A stretch of 27,991 nt of DNA from Candidatus Nanopelagicales bacterium (GTDB taxonomy: Bacteria; Actinomycetota; Actinomycetes; S36-B12). A program made the translations under genes and the position numbers. The notes below the pieces were generated by a model, which saw only the letters and a list, made by a program, of their open reading frames with translations, ran no database searches and was not told the origin of the DNA. Below are positions 16,333 to 25,318 of the stretch, piece after piece (the stretch's first letter is position 1; every line of letters begins with the position of its first letter). Location: positions 1 to 27,991 of the forward strand of contig CALKMY010000058.1 of the NCBI GenBank assembly GCA_938091275.1. The letters run 5' to 3'.

Positions 16333-17399
16333 GCGAAAGCACCGCCGCGTTGGGCGAGCAGGTCATAGAGGCGACGCTGGATACGTTCGCGCACCTGGTC
16401 GGTGATCTCGAATAGGACGGCGGGGTCGTCGGCTGCCCCGGACGGTAAGTGATCCGTGGGGATCGGATCGTCGAAGTGAATCAGCCATTTGCTCGGCAGC
16501 GGCACCAAACCCAGCGGCCCCAAGAAGGGAAAGGTCGGGGTGATGGGGAAGTAGGGAAGCCCGAGAACGCGGGCCACGACCGACGCATTCGCCACCATGG
16601 GATAGATCTCCTCGGCTCCCACGATCGCGGTCGGGATGATCGGCGTCCCCGTTCGCACGGCGGCTGAGACAAAACCCCCACGTCCGAAGCGTTGGAGTCG
16701 GTAGCGCTCCGAAAAAGGCTTTCCGATGCCCTTGAACCCCTCCGGCCACACTCCGACGACCTCACCTGACGTCAGCAGGCGCTCAGCGTCGTCGTGGCAC
16801 GCCAGCGTGTGGCCGGCTCGACGAGCCACGTCCCCGAGGAAAGGCGTTTGGAATACGAGGTCGGCACCCAACATGCGCAAGAACCGGTGTGAGGGATGCT
16901 CATCATGAATAGCCACCTGGGTCATCACCGAATCCACCGCAATGGTGCCGGAGTGGTTGGCCACCACGAGGGCTCCTCCTTGATCCGGAATCGACTGGAT
17001 TCCCGAAACCTCTACTCGGAACCAGTTGCGATACAGCGGACGAACAGCCTGCAACAGCACCTTGTCTGTGAATTCCGGATCGAATCCAAAATCGTCGACC
17101 GCATACTCGCCGGCAAGTCGCTCCCGAAGCACGCTCCACATGCCTGGCGAATTGTCCGCATTCATCGGTGATGCGTCACGTGGCGGCGCATTGTTCAAAG
17201 TGACCGCTGTCTTGATCTTGCGCTTCTTGGGGGTGCTCGCACTACCGGAATTAGCAGTGCCGGAATTAGCGGCGCCGGCCTGTGCCGTGCGGGAATCAGA
17301 CGACCCCGCCGAAGGCGCGGCCAGCCGAGGACCGGTGGCTCCTACTTCACGTGCCGCCTTCGACGGACGCACGCGGTTATCAGGTCGAGAGTCATCCAT
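16329..17399 (-). CDS. Lysophospholipid/PlsC-type acyltransferase family protein (Rv0502-like)
   Basis: VDDFGFDPEF, NHSG...D, PEG-KG..K, RFGRGGF, PIIP-AIVGAEE, LPSKW. ATG 17399 overlaps the epimerase stop by 8 bp. Confidence 0.88.
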   Translation of the reverse strand: MDDSRPDNRVRPSKAAREVGATGPRLAAPSAGSSDSRTAQAGAANSGTANSGSASTPKKRKIKTAVTLNNAPPRDASPMNADNSPGMWSVLRERLAGEYAVDDFGFDPEFTDKVLLQAVRPLYRNWFRVEVSGIQSIPDQGGALVVANHSGTIAVDSVMTQVAIHDEHPSHRFLRMLGADLVFQTPFLGDVARRAGHTLACHDDAERLLTSGEVVGVWPEGFKGIGKPFSERYRLQRFGRGGFVSAAVRTGTPIIPTAIVGAEEIYPMVANASVVARVLGLPYFPITPTFPFLGPLGLVPLPSKWLIHFDDPIPTDHLPSGAADDPAVLFEITDQVRERIQRRLYDLLAQRGGAFA

Positions 17400-18357
17400 A
17401 ACTCGCTGCCTCCCGTCGACTGCCGCGCACGAAGGAACCGAAGGCGTCATAGCTCGAGTACTGACACTCAAAGCCAACCTCCACAGCAACACGCGTCGTG
17501 TCGAGCACACGTCCGTGGGTCAGGTACCTGACCTGGTCGCGGGAAAAGTCCGCCCAGGCACCTCGCGCCAACGTTCGCCCGACCGAGGGCACAAGGACGG
17601 CCGGCAGGGGCACACTCGACGCTCCGAGTCGACCCAATGCTTGCGACAAGAGCACGACCCCATCACCGGCGACGTTGAACGTCCCGGTTGTGCGCTGCAA
17701 GACCACCCGCCGCGTCACCTCTAGAGCGTCCTCCTCATGGACGAATTGCAGGCGCGGGTCAAAACCGAGAACGGTCGGAACAATAGGCATCATCAAGTAC
17801 GACGTCATTCCCGTCCGCATACCCGGCCCGACGATGTTGGCAAAGCGCAGAGTCGCCACCCCAACATCGGGTCTGCGGCGAGCAAATCCTCGAACGTACT
17901 CCTCGACTTCCATTGAGTCTTTCGCCCATCCGGACGTTGGAGGATGACGAGGAGAGGAGTCTTCCGTGATCAACGCCGGATCACGGGGTCCGCTGCCGTA
18001 GACGGCCGCGGTCGACTTCACGACCACGTGGCGAACACTGTCGACTCGCTGACACACTCCCAGTAATTGCATGGTGCCGATGACGTTGATGTCCTTCATT
18101 ACAGAACGGTTGCCCGCCTGCCGGGGAGTAGCGATAACACCCATATGGACCACCGTGTCGACCCCGGTACCGTCCAGAATCTTCGCTATCGACGGGTTTC
18201 GTATATCGGCGCGAATGAAGTCCGCTGCGAGGGGAGACGCGGGGGGGACGACGTCGATTCCGATGACCCGATCGACCCCCGGCTGGTGGACGAGTCGATC
18301 TGCCATCTTGCCGCCGAGATAGCGGGAGACCCCCGTAACGACGGCAACTATGCCCAC
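17392..18357 (-). CDS. NAD-dependent epimerase/dehydratase family protein (GalE2/Rv0501-like)
   Basis: N-terminal VTGVSRYLG Rossmann motif, NVIGT-QLL, KST-AVYG, LRFANIVG, RLQFVHE. Confidence 0.88.
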   Translation of the reverse strand: MGIVAVVTGVSRYLGGKMADRLVHQPGVDRVIGIDVVPPASPLAADFIRADIRNPSIAKILDGTGVDTVVHMGVIATPRQAGNRSVMKDINVIGTMQLLGVCQRVDSVRHVVVKSTAAVYGSGPRDPALITEDSSPRHPPTSGWAKDSMEVEEYVRGFARRRPDVGVATLRFANIVGPGMRTGMTSYLMMPIVPTVLGFDPRLQFVHEEDALEVTRRVVLQRTTGTFNVAGDGVVLLSQALGRLGASSVPLPAVLVPSVGRTLARGAWADFSRDQVRYLTHGRVLDTTRVAVEVGFECQYSSYDAFGSFVRGSRREAASYG

Positions 18358-18372
18358 AGTGGGGCCCTCTAC

Positions 18373-18471
18373 CTACTTCTTGTTGCGGCGTTGAACCCGC
18401 GTACGACGGAGCAGTTTGCGGTGCTTCTTCTTGGCCATTCGCTTACGGCGCTTCTTGACCACAGAGCCCAT
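18373..18471 (-). CDS. 30S ribosomal protein bS22 (actinobacterial; AURKAIP1/COX24 domain)
   Basis: Hand translation gives [32 protein letters not shown] (32 aa), the hallmark bS22 sequence. AAGGAG/GAGG upstream. Below the ORF-track length cutoff. Confidence 0.95.
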   Translation of the reverse strand: MGSVVKKRRKRMAKKKHRKLLRRTRVQRRNKK

Positions 18472-18551
18472 GAACTGCCTCTACTCCTTCATCGCCCGCC
18501 CAAGCGGGCAGTGTTCGCATCTACTGACGACCAGGTGATCGACGCCGCCGA

Positions 18552-18557
18552 AGTCTA
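18552..18557 (-). promoter_or_regulatory. Putative -10 element (TAGACT) for bS22-epimerase-acyltransferase
   Basis: GGG-TAGACT about 80 bp upstream of the bS22 ATG, within the 144-bp intergenic region. Confidence 0.45.
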
Positions 18558-18580
18558 CCCGCCTTCACTGTGGGAATGAG

Positions 18581-18610
18581 AGCGCGGCCTCAACACCAGG
18601 CGTTCGCGCT
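18581..18610 (-). terminator. Possible hairpin terminator after the HTH gene
   Basis: AGCGCG-GCCT-caacacc-AGGC-gtt-CGCGCT interrupted stem starting 5 nt past the stop codon. No U-tract. Confidence 0.35.
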
Positions 18611-18615
18611 GAATG

Positions 18616-18822
18616 TCAGGCGGTTTCGATGTAGGAATCGCGAAGGTAGTCGTGCACCGCTTGCTCTGGGACGCGGAACGAGCGCCCAACACGAACCGCC
18701 GGCAGATCCCCATTGTGCACAAGGCGATAGACCGTCATCTTCGAAACCCTCATGACCGAAGCTACTTCCGCCACGGTCAAGAACTTGACGTCACCAAGGG
18801 AGTTCTCAGATGTGTTGGCCAT
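18616..18822 (-). CDS. Excisionase-like HTH_17 DNA-binding protein (Rv0500A-like)
   Basis: FLTVAEVASVMRVSKMTVYRLVH-G-LPAVRVGRSFRVPE, 68 aa from ATG 18822. Usual position between proC and bS22. Confidence 0.92.
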   Translation of the reverse strand: MANTSENSLGDVKFLTVAEVASVMRVSKMTVYRLVHNGDLPAVRVGRSFRVPEQAVHDYLRDSYIETA

Positions 18823-18871
18823 GATGTGATCCGTTCTCGTCCTTGCCGGCTCCCCGGTCCCGTAAAGGGGA

Positions 18872-18877
18872 ACACTA
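18872..18877 (-). promoter_or_regulatory. Putative -10 element (TAGTGT) of the HTH gene
   Basis: TANNNT about 50 bp upstream of ATG 18822, with a T7 tract further upstream (A7 at 18911-18917 on +). Confidence 0.4.
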
Positions 18878-18955
18878 GTCGCGAAGGGTTCCCAGCGAAA
18901 GTCGATTCCCAAAAAAAGATTGCCACACGCCGACGCTCTCCGCCCTCAGGCGGCT

Positions 18956-19777
18956 CTACTCCTGATCTGCACGATCTGCGCGCTCGGCCGACATCTCACC
19001 GGCTCGCCCGTGGGCCGCCCGCATTCCGTTCTCGATGGTTCTGGCAAGGCCCTCGGAGTCGAATACGCCGATGGCAGCCGCCGTCGTCCCCCCGGGGGAG
19101 GTGACTGCCGCCCGCAGCGCTGCTGGATCGTCGGGCTCGGAGGCGAGAAGCAGTGCGGATCCCGCGATGGTTTCAGCCACGAGAGTGCTTGCCGTGGACC
19201 GATCGAGGCCGAGGTCCATGGCCGCCTTCATCATCGACTCGGCCAGGTAGAATACGTAGGCGGGTCCGCTGCCGGAGGTCGCGGTGAGCGAGTCGATGAG
19301 CGCCTCATCCATCACGATCACCGTCGAGACCGGATCCAGAAGGCGGACCACCTGTTGCAGTTGCTCCGCCGAACACGTGGTGCCCGCCACGAGGCCGACC
19401 ACCCCTCGACCGACCCGTACCGGAGTATTCGGCATGGCTCTGGCGACCGCGACCCCGTCCGGCGCATGTCTCTCGAGCACCGCCACCGGCACTCCCGCCG
19501 CGATCGAGACGACCACTCCGCTCGGGTTCACCGACTCGGCTGCCTGCCCGAGAACATCGGTGATCTGGTCCGGCTTGACGGCGAGGAAGATCACGTCGGC
19601 GTCGCTGACGGCTTCGGTCAGGTCTGCCACTCGGACATCTCCGCGATGGCGCCACATCTCCGCACGCTCGACGTTCGCCTCGACAACCGTCACCTGCGCA
19701 TCGGGGACACCACCGAGGATGCCTTCCACGATGGCTCCACCCATCGCACCGCCACCGACCATGGCCACTCGGTTCAT
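18956..19777 (-). CDS. proC: Pyrroline-5-carboxylate reductase
   Basis: VGGGAMG Rossmann, LAVKPD, SIAAG, RAMPNTP, TATSGSGPAY, VTSPGGTT. Confidence 0.97.
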   Translation of the reverse strand: MNRVAMVGGGAMGGAIVEGILGGVPDAQVTVVEANVERAEMWRHRGDVRVADLTEAVSDADVIFLAVKPDQITDVLGQAAESVNPSGVVVSIAAGVPVAVLERHAPDGVAVARAMPNTPVRVGRGVVGLVAGTTCSAEQLQQVVRLLDPVSTVIVMDEALIDSLTATSGSGPAYVFYLAESMMKAAMDLGLDRSTASTLVAETIAGSALLLASEPDDPAALRAAVTSPGGTTAAAIGVFDSEGLARTIENGMRAAHGRAGEMSAERADRADQE

Positions 19778-19783
19778 GGTTAC

Positions 19784-20389
19784 TTACTGTGCCACAGGAG
19801 CTGACAGCGGTTGGGTCGGATCGAGTAGACGCTGGATCGTCGGACCGACCAGTGCAACAACCTCGTCCTCAGATGCCGACGCGAGCGGCTCCACGGCAAC
19901 GCCGTAACGGGCGATGACGATGCCGCCGAGGAAAGACGTAATGAGGGCGCCGCGCATCTTGGCGTCCGGAATGCCAGCGCGAAGGAGAACCTGATCCACG
20001 ACCTCACCAGTGATGTACTCCCAGACCGCTCGAACGCTGCCGGGCGTGTTGGTCACCGCCCCCGGGATAAGCGGGCCGACCGCGCCTACGTCATCCCGTA
20101 GCTGCTCGTCTTGGGCAGCCCGCAAGGCCAAGCGAACCAACCGCTCTCCCAACCCATCAAGACCTGGTGCCACCAGGCGCGGGATCGCCGATGCGGGGTC
20201 GAACGGAAGATCCATGACGGCGGCAAAAAGTTCGGCCTTGTTCCGGTAGAAGGAGGACAGGACGGACGGCCCCACACCGGCAGCCACCGCGATGGACTTC
20301 ACTGTCACCGACGCGTAACCGCGACGCTCAAATATCGCCCGAGCAGCGCGGTCGATAGCGGCGCGCCGATCATCGTTGGGTGAGGTCAT
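19784..20389 (-). CDS. TetR family transcriptional regulator
   Basis: N-terminal 'AARAIF---GY---TVKSIA-AAGV' HTH. C-terminal 'G-GERLV...G-VIARY-V-VEPLAS' resembles actinobacterial TetR_C domains. Confidence 0.8.
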   Translation of the reverse strand: MTSPNDDRRAAIDRAARAIFERRGYASVTVKSIAVAAGVGPSVLSSFYRNKAELFAAVMDLPFDPASAIPRLVAPGLDGLGERLVRLALRAAQDEQLRDDVGAVGPLIPGAVTNTPGSVRAVWEYITGEVVDQVLLRAGIPDAKMRGALITSFLGGIVIARYGVAVEPLASASEDEVVALVGPTIQRLLDPTQPLSAPVAQ

Positions 20390-21177
20390 AAGGCACCACC
20401 GAGGTGCCTGCGAGCGAAATTCAGGGTCTCCCGCAGATCCGCGACTCGCTCATCGCGGCTTTGGGCGCTCCGCGTGGAAACCTCTGCGATCACGGAGCCA
20501 CCGAAGCTTGCTTCCGCCAAACGTGCAAGAACCTCAGCAACGGGCTGGTCACCGCGGCCGGGAACAAGGTGCTCATCACGCGCCGAATCGGTGCCATCGG
20601 CCAAATGCACGTGTGCGACCCGATCGGCCAAGTCACGCACCATGTCCCGTGGGTCGGTTCGTGAGACGGCGGTGTGCGAAAGATCCACCGTGGCGTGTCG
20701 GTAGTCCTGCTGGCGAATATCCCAGTTGGGGGCGTATGCACCCAACGATGACGGGCCGGCACGCCACGGATACATGTTCTCGACGGCGAAGAGTACGTCG
20801 GTTACTTCCTCCATCCGGGCAATTCCGTCTTCGAAAGATCGCGCATACTCACGTTGCCACCGAAAGGGGGGATGGACGACGACTGTCGAGGCGCCCAGTA
20901 CCTCGGCAACATCGCGGGCCTTATCGAGCTTTCCCCACGGGTCGGTCCCCCACACCCGCTGAGTGATGAGAAGACACGGCGCGTGGATGGAAAGAACAGG
21001 TACTTGGTAGTGATCGACCAGGCCCTTCAAGGTCGCGAGATCCTGACTCATCGCATCGGTCCCGACCATCACCTCGACACCGTCGTACCCGAGGTCAGCG
21101 GCCAATTCGAACGCGACGGCTGTCGATTCTGGGTATACCGACGATGACGACAAGCCGATCGTGTACTGCCGCGACAT
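20386..21177 (-). CDS. Sugar phosphate isomerase/epimerase (AP endonuclease 2 TIM barrel; Rv0498-like)
   Basis: [56 protein letters not shown] 21177 has an AAGGAAG RBS. Confidence 0.88.
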   Translation of the reverse strand: MSRQYTIGLSSSSVYPESTAVAFELAADLGYDGVEVMVGTDAMSQDLATLKGLVDHYQVPVLSIHAPCLLITQRVWGTDPWGKLDKARDVAEVLGASTVVVHPPFRWQREYARSFEDGIARMEEVTDVLFAVENMYPWRAGPSSLGAYAPNWDIRQQDYRHATVDLSHTAVSRTDPRDMVRDLADRVAHVHLADGTDSARDEHLVPGRGDQPVAEVLARLAEASFGGSVIAEVSTRSAQSRDERVADLRETLNFARRHLGGAL

Positions 21178-21179
21178 CG

Positions 21180-23549
21180 TCACTTCCTTGCCCGACGCCA
21201 ACGATCGGTCACTAAACCGGCCCCCCACACGGCCATGGCGCCAGCTAACCCCACTGCTATCGCCACCAGGCTGTACGGCTCTGGGCTCAAACTTAGGGCG
21301 AAGAATTCAGAAAGCGGCGGAATGTAGATCACCGCGCCGAAGCTCACAACCATCAGGCCGATGATGCCCCAACGAACAAGATTCAGCGGCCGCGCGGAAA
21401 TAGCTAGAACCCCTGTCGCCACAATGAACAAGGAGACCGTGGCTGCCTTCTGGGCGTTAAGAACGGGCTCCGACACCCACAGTGCTACCGCGTAGCTCGT
21501 CCAGGCCGAGGCGGCGGCGATGATTCCTGCGGGGATCGCGAAGGCGAGGACTCGCTTAAAGAACCCAGGACGAAATCGCTCCTCGTTTGGCATGAGAGCC
21601 AGGAAGAACCCCGGGATACCGATGGTCAGCGCGCTCACCAGCGACAGGTGGCGCGGCAGAAATGGAAACACCACGGCGAAAACACCGGTCAGAACCGAAA
21701 TCACCGTGGAGTACACGCTCTTGGTGAGGAAGACGTCGGAGACTCGCTCAATATTTCCCAGAACTCGACGCCCTTCGGCGACGACCCTCGGCAAGACCGA
21801 CCACTTGCTATCCAGCAGAACGAGTTGCGCCACCGCGCGGGTTGCGCCCGATCCATTTCCCATGGCGATGCCGAGATCGGCGTTCTTCAGCGCCAAGACG
21901 TCATTGACGCCGTCACCGGTCATCGCAACGGTCGACCCACCGAGTTGTAGCGCGTCCACCATCTGCTGCTTCTGGGCAGGCGTCACCCGACCGAATACCG
22001 AGTGCTCGGCCATAACGCCTGCCAATTCCTGCGTACTTGTCGGCGCGTGCCGAGCGTCGACTGGATCATCGGATCCAGGAATGCCTGCTTCATCGGCAAT
22101 GGCACCGACCGTTTCGGCATTGTCGCCCGAGATGACCTTGACGCGCACACCTTGATCGAGAAAGTACTCGACGGTGGCACGAGCATCGTCACGCAACTGT
22201 TGATCGATGACCACGACAGCCGCGGGAGCCACGGGACCCAGTCCTCGGTCGGCCGAGACTGCACTGTCGTGACTGTCCGACCGGGCAACAACAAGGACCC
22301 GCGCTCCTCGATTGGCATAACGCGTAGCGACGTCGACGACCTCCTGGTGGTCGGGCACTACCACGTCCGGTGCGCCAAGGACCCACACTCCGTGGTCGTC
22401 GAAAGTGACTGAGGACCACTTTCGGGAACTCGAGAACGGCACAGTGGATGCCACCGACCATCCGGGATCCGGGCATGAGCGAGCGATGGCGAGGATCGTC
22501 GGATTCGGCGATGCTTCCGCCGCCGCCAATGCTCCGAGCAGCTGGCGCAGCTCGTCGGCTGATTCTCGACCCACCGCGATGACATCGTCCAGGTGCATGC
22601 CGGGCTCGGTGAGTGTCCCTGTTTTGTCGGCGCACACCGTGTCGACCCGGGCCAGCACCTCGACGGCTGGTAAGTCCTGCACCAGAACGCGCCGTTGAGC
22701 CAGTCGAATCACCGAAACCGCCATGGCGATGCTGGTCAGCAGAACCAGGCCATCGGGAACCATCGTCACGACGCCTGCGATGGTGCCGCGTACGGCTTCC
22801 TTGACCGGCAACTCGGCGCGGATGAGTTGGGATGTCAACAAGAGCACACCGACGGGAACCAGGAAGTAACTGACAATTCTGATGAACTTGTTGATCGCGT
22901 CACGAAGTTCGGAATTCGTCAGCGCAAACTTCTTTGCCTGCTCCGTCAGCCCCGAGGCGAAGGACTCCCGTCCCACACGAGTGGCTTGATAGACCCCCGA
23001 GCCGGCCACGACGAAGGATCCCGACATCGCCGTATCCCCGGTTTGCTTGTCGACAGGGTCTGCTTCTCCGGTCAACAAACTCTCGTCGATCTGTAAGCCG
23101 ATGGTTTTCAAAATGACTCCATCGACCACGAGCTGATCGCCTGTTTTGACCACGATGAAGTCGTCAATCACCACATCCGCAGCCCGCACCTCGATATCGG
23201 CTCCGTTGCGACGCACTGTGGGCTTGGCTTCCCCGATAACCGCCAACTTTTCGAGGGTTCTGGCAGCGCGGTATTCCTGAACGATGCCGATCAGGGTGTT
23301 TGCCACGATCACGAACCCGAACAGGGAGTCCTGGATAGGGGCGACCACGAGCATGATCACCCACAGGGATCCGATCAGGCCGTTGAACCAGGTGAAGGTG
23401 TTCTTTCGGACAATGTCGGCGAAACTCCGCGAGTTGGCGACGGGAGCTTCATTGAATTCGCCCCGTTCGACTCGCGCACGCACCTCATCATCGGTGAGCC
23501 CACGCTCAATGTCCTTGGTGTGGGTGCTCATTCCCGGACCGCTTGTCAT
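21180..23549 (-). CDS. ctpE: P-type ATPase, CtpE-like (HAD-IC)
   Basis: [26 protein letters not shown] phosphorylation site, ISGDN, GDGVND-LA. Start at ATG 23549 (ATGA overlap with ppx) or 23531. The CtpE subfamily call is from recalled similarity. Confidence 0.85.
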   Translation of the reverse strand: MTSGPGMSTHTKDIERGLTDDEVRARVERGEFNEAPVANSRSFADIVRKNTFTWFNGLIGSLWVIMLVVAPIQDSLFGFVIVANTLIGIVQEYRAARTLEKLAVIGEAKPTVRRNGADIEVRAADVVIDDFIVVKTGDQLVVDGVILKTIGLQIDESLLTGEADPVDKQTGDTAMSGSFVVAGSGVYQATRVGRESFASGLTEQAKKFALTNSELRDAINKFIRIVSYFLVPVGVLLLTSQLIRAELPVKEAVRGTIAGVVTMVPDGLVLLTSIAMAVSVIRLAQRRVLVQDLPAVEVLARVDTVCADKTGTLTEPGMHLDDVIAVGRESADELRQLLGALAAAEASPNPTILAIARSCPDPGWSVASTVPFSSSRKWSSVTFDDHGVWVLGAPDVVVPDHQEVVDVATRYANRGARVLVVARSDSHDSAVSADRGLGPVAPAAVVVIDQQLRDDARATVEYFLDQGVRVKVISGDNAETVGAIADEAGIPGSDDPVDARHAPTSTQELAGVMAEHSVFGRVTPAQKQQMVDALQLGGSTVAMTGDGVNDVLALKNADLGIAMGNGSGATRAVAQLVLLDSKWSVLPRVVAEGRRVLGNIERVSDVFLTKSVYSTVISVLTGVFAVVFPFLPRHLSLVSALTIGIPGFFLALMPNEERFRPGFFKRVLAFAIPAGIIAAASAWTSYAVALWVSEPVLNAQKAATVSLFIVATGVLAISARPLNLVRWGIIGLMVVSFGAVIYIPPLSEFFALSLSPEPYSLVAIAVGLAGAMAVWGAGLVTDRWRRARK

Positions 23550-24475
23550 CGAGGTAGCCCGTCCATGCGGCGGAGAATGACTCCCTCCCGCAATGCCCAC
23601 GGACACACGTCGAGTTGCTCAACATCGAGTAGATCCATCGCCGCTTCTGCGACCACGGCTCCGGCCAGCGATTGAGCAGCCCGGCCAGCAGACACCCCCG
23701 GCAAGGTGGCACGTTCGGCCACCGAGAGCCCCGAGAGAAGCGTGACCAATTCACGAACGCTGGACGCGTGCAACCGACGTCGAACGTGCACACCTTCCGA
23801 GGACGGCGGAGCCCCAGCAATGCGGGCGAGCTGCTTGAAGGTCTTGCTGGTCGCCACGCACAGCATCGGATCCGCGGCCCGACGCAGCGGGCCGATCGAA
23901 TCGGCGATCTGGGCCCGTGCGAACGTTCGCATCGCCTTGATCTGCGACTTCGACGGTGGGTCATCGATGATGAATTCACGCGTCAAGGCGCCTGCTCCAA
24001 GGGGCAGAGAAATGGCCACTTCCGGTTCCTCGTCCGGTCCGGTAGCCAATTCCAACGATCCGCCGCCGATATCCATCACCAACAACTGACCCGAAGACCA
24101 TCCGAACCACCGACGAACGGCAAGGAAAGTCAGCCGAGCCTCCTCTTCCCCAGTCAGGACATCAATGACGATCCCCGTGCGACGGCGAATCTCGTCAATG
24201 ATTGCGTCACCGTTGCTCGCACTTCGGATAGCAGACGTCGCAAAGGTGATGATCTCCGTCGCACCTTGATCCTCAGCGATGGTCTGGCTGTGATCGATAA
24301 ACGCAACCAGGGCGTCGATCAGCTCCTGATCGATGACCCCATCCGCATCCGTGTGCTCGGCCAGCCGAAGCGGCGCCTTGTGCTTGGACGCGGGGATCGG
24401 CGCAGCCCCGTAGTGCGCATCCACCAGCAGCAGGTGCACCGTGTTGCTTCCCACGTCGAGGACGCCCATCCGCAC
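23546..24475 (-). CDS. ppx: Ppx/GppA family exopolyphosphatase
   Basis: LDVGSNT, FATSA-R, EEARLTF, DIGGGSLE, ALREG motifs. Confidence 0.93.
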   Translation of the reverse strand: MRMGVLDVGSNTVHLLLVDAHYGAAPIPASKHKAPLRLAEHTDADGVIDQELIDALVAFIDHSQTIAEDQGATEIITFATSAIRSASNGDAIIDEIRRRTGIVIDVLTGEEEARLTFLAVRRWFGWSSGQLLVMDIGGGSLELATGPDEEPEVAISLPLGAGALTREFIIDDPPSKSQIKAMRTFARAQIADSIGPLRRAADPMLCVATSKTFKQLARIAGAPPSSEGVHVRRRLHASSVRELVTLLSGLSVAERATLPGVSAGRAAQSLAGAVVAEAAMDLLDVEQLDVCPWALREGVILRRMDGLPR

Positions 24476-24481
24476 AACGCC

Positions 24482-24487
24482 ACCCTA
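24482..24487 (-). promoter_or_regulatory. Putative -10 element (TAGGGT), leaderless ppx operon
   Basis: TANNNT + 6 nt + GTG 24475. Confidence 0.6.
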
Positions 24488-24534
24488 TGTCCCGGTCGTA
24501 CCCCCGCGCCCTCGCCAATGTCACCCTCGTCACC

Positions 24535-24540
24535 TAGGCT
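24535..24540 (+). promoter_or_regulatory. Putative -10 element (TAGGCT), leaderless Cys-rich gene
   Basis: TANNNT + 6 nt + GTG 24547. Confidence 0.6.
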
Positions 24541-24546
24541 TCCCGC

Positions 24547-25308
24547 GTGCCTGAAGTAGCCCTGGACTTTCCCCGACAGTGGGTCGAGTTCGTCGATCCC
24601 GCCGACGACAACCAACTGATCCGGGCTGATCTGACCTGGTTGACGTCCCGATGGACCTGCATCTTCGGTCGCGGCTGCAAGGGCATTGATGCCGCCCGAC
24701 CCGATGCGGGGTGCTGCGTCCACGGCGCCCACTTCGCAGAGAAGAAGGATCGCAAGCGCGTTGCACGTTGGGTCGAGAAGTTGACGCCCGAGCTGTGGGA
24801 GAACCACGACATCGGTCACAGGGGCGGCTGGACCGAGAAGGAGGACGGAGCGTCCAAGACCCGTGTCGTGGACAACGCCTGCATCTTCCACAACTCCGAA
24901 GGATTCGCCGGCGGCTACGGCTGCGCGCTCCATCACCTCGCCGACCAAGAGGGCGTCTCCTTCATCGAAACCAAGCCTGAGGTGTGCTGGCAACTTCCCC
25001 TACGCCGAGGATACGAAGATCTCGAGTATGAGGACGGATCCGAGCGCCTGGTGGTCGTCCTCGGTGAATACGACCGCCGCAACTGGGGGGAGGGAGGCCA
25101 TGACTTTCCCTGGTACTGCACGGGAAACCCGGAGGCGCACGTGGCAACCGACCCCGTCTACGTCGGCTCCCGGGACGAGATCATTGCGCTGATCGGACAG
25201 CCGGCCTACGACGTTCTCGCTGACCTGTGTGACAAGCGAGAGGCGCTCCTGCGTGCGAACCCCACCGACGCGGCTCTCGCACCTCACCCCGCCGATCCTG
25301 TTCCCTAA
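24547..25308 (+). CDS. Conserved actinobacterial Cys-rich hypothetical protein (Rv0495c-like)
   Basis: 'RADLTWLTS-W-CIFG-GC', 'GCC-HGAHF', 'ACIF-N--GF--G-GCALH', 'KP-VCWQLP-RR', 'WYC'. Divergent from ppx, as recalled for Mycobacterium/Streptomyces. Confidence 0.85.
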   Translation: MPEVALDFPRQWVEFVDPADDNQLIRADLTWLTSRWTCIFGRGCKGIDAARPDAGCCVHGAHFAEKKDRKRVARWVEKLTPELWENHDIGHRGGWTEKEDGASKTRVVDNACIFHNSEGFAGGYGCALHHLADQEGVSFIETKPEVCWQLPLRRGYEDLEYEDGSERLVVVLGEYDRRNWGEGGHDFPWYCTGNPEAHVATDPVYVGSRDEIIALIGQPAYDVLADLCDKREALLRANPTDAALAPHPADPVP

Positions 25309-25318
25309 CGCTATTCCC

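Noticed and set aside
17400-17510. ORF-track extension of the acyltransferase
   Set aside because: Overlaps the epimerase CDS. ATG 17399 is the plausible start.
23672-24993. 295-aa (+) and 224-aa (-) ORFs across ppx and the Cys-rich gene
   Set aside because: Antisense or alternate-frame shadows of well-supported genes.
25260-25318. LexA (TCGAAC-N4-GTTCGA) or PafBC-type DNA-damage motif upstream of radA
   Set aside because: No convincing match by eye, and none upstream of mutY either.
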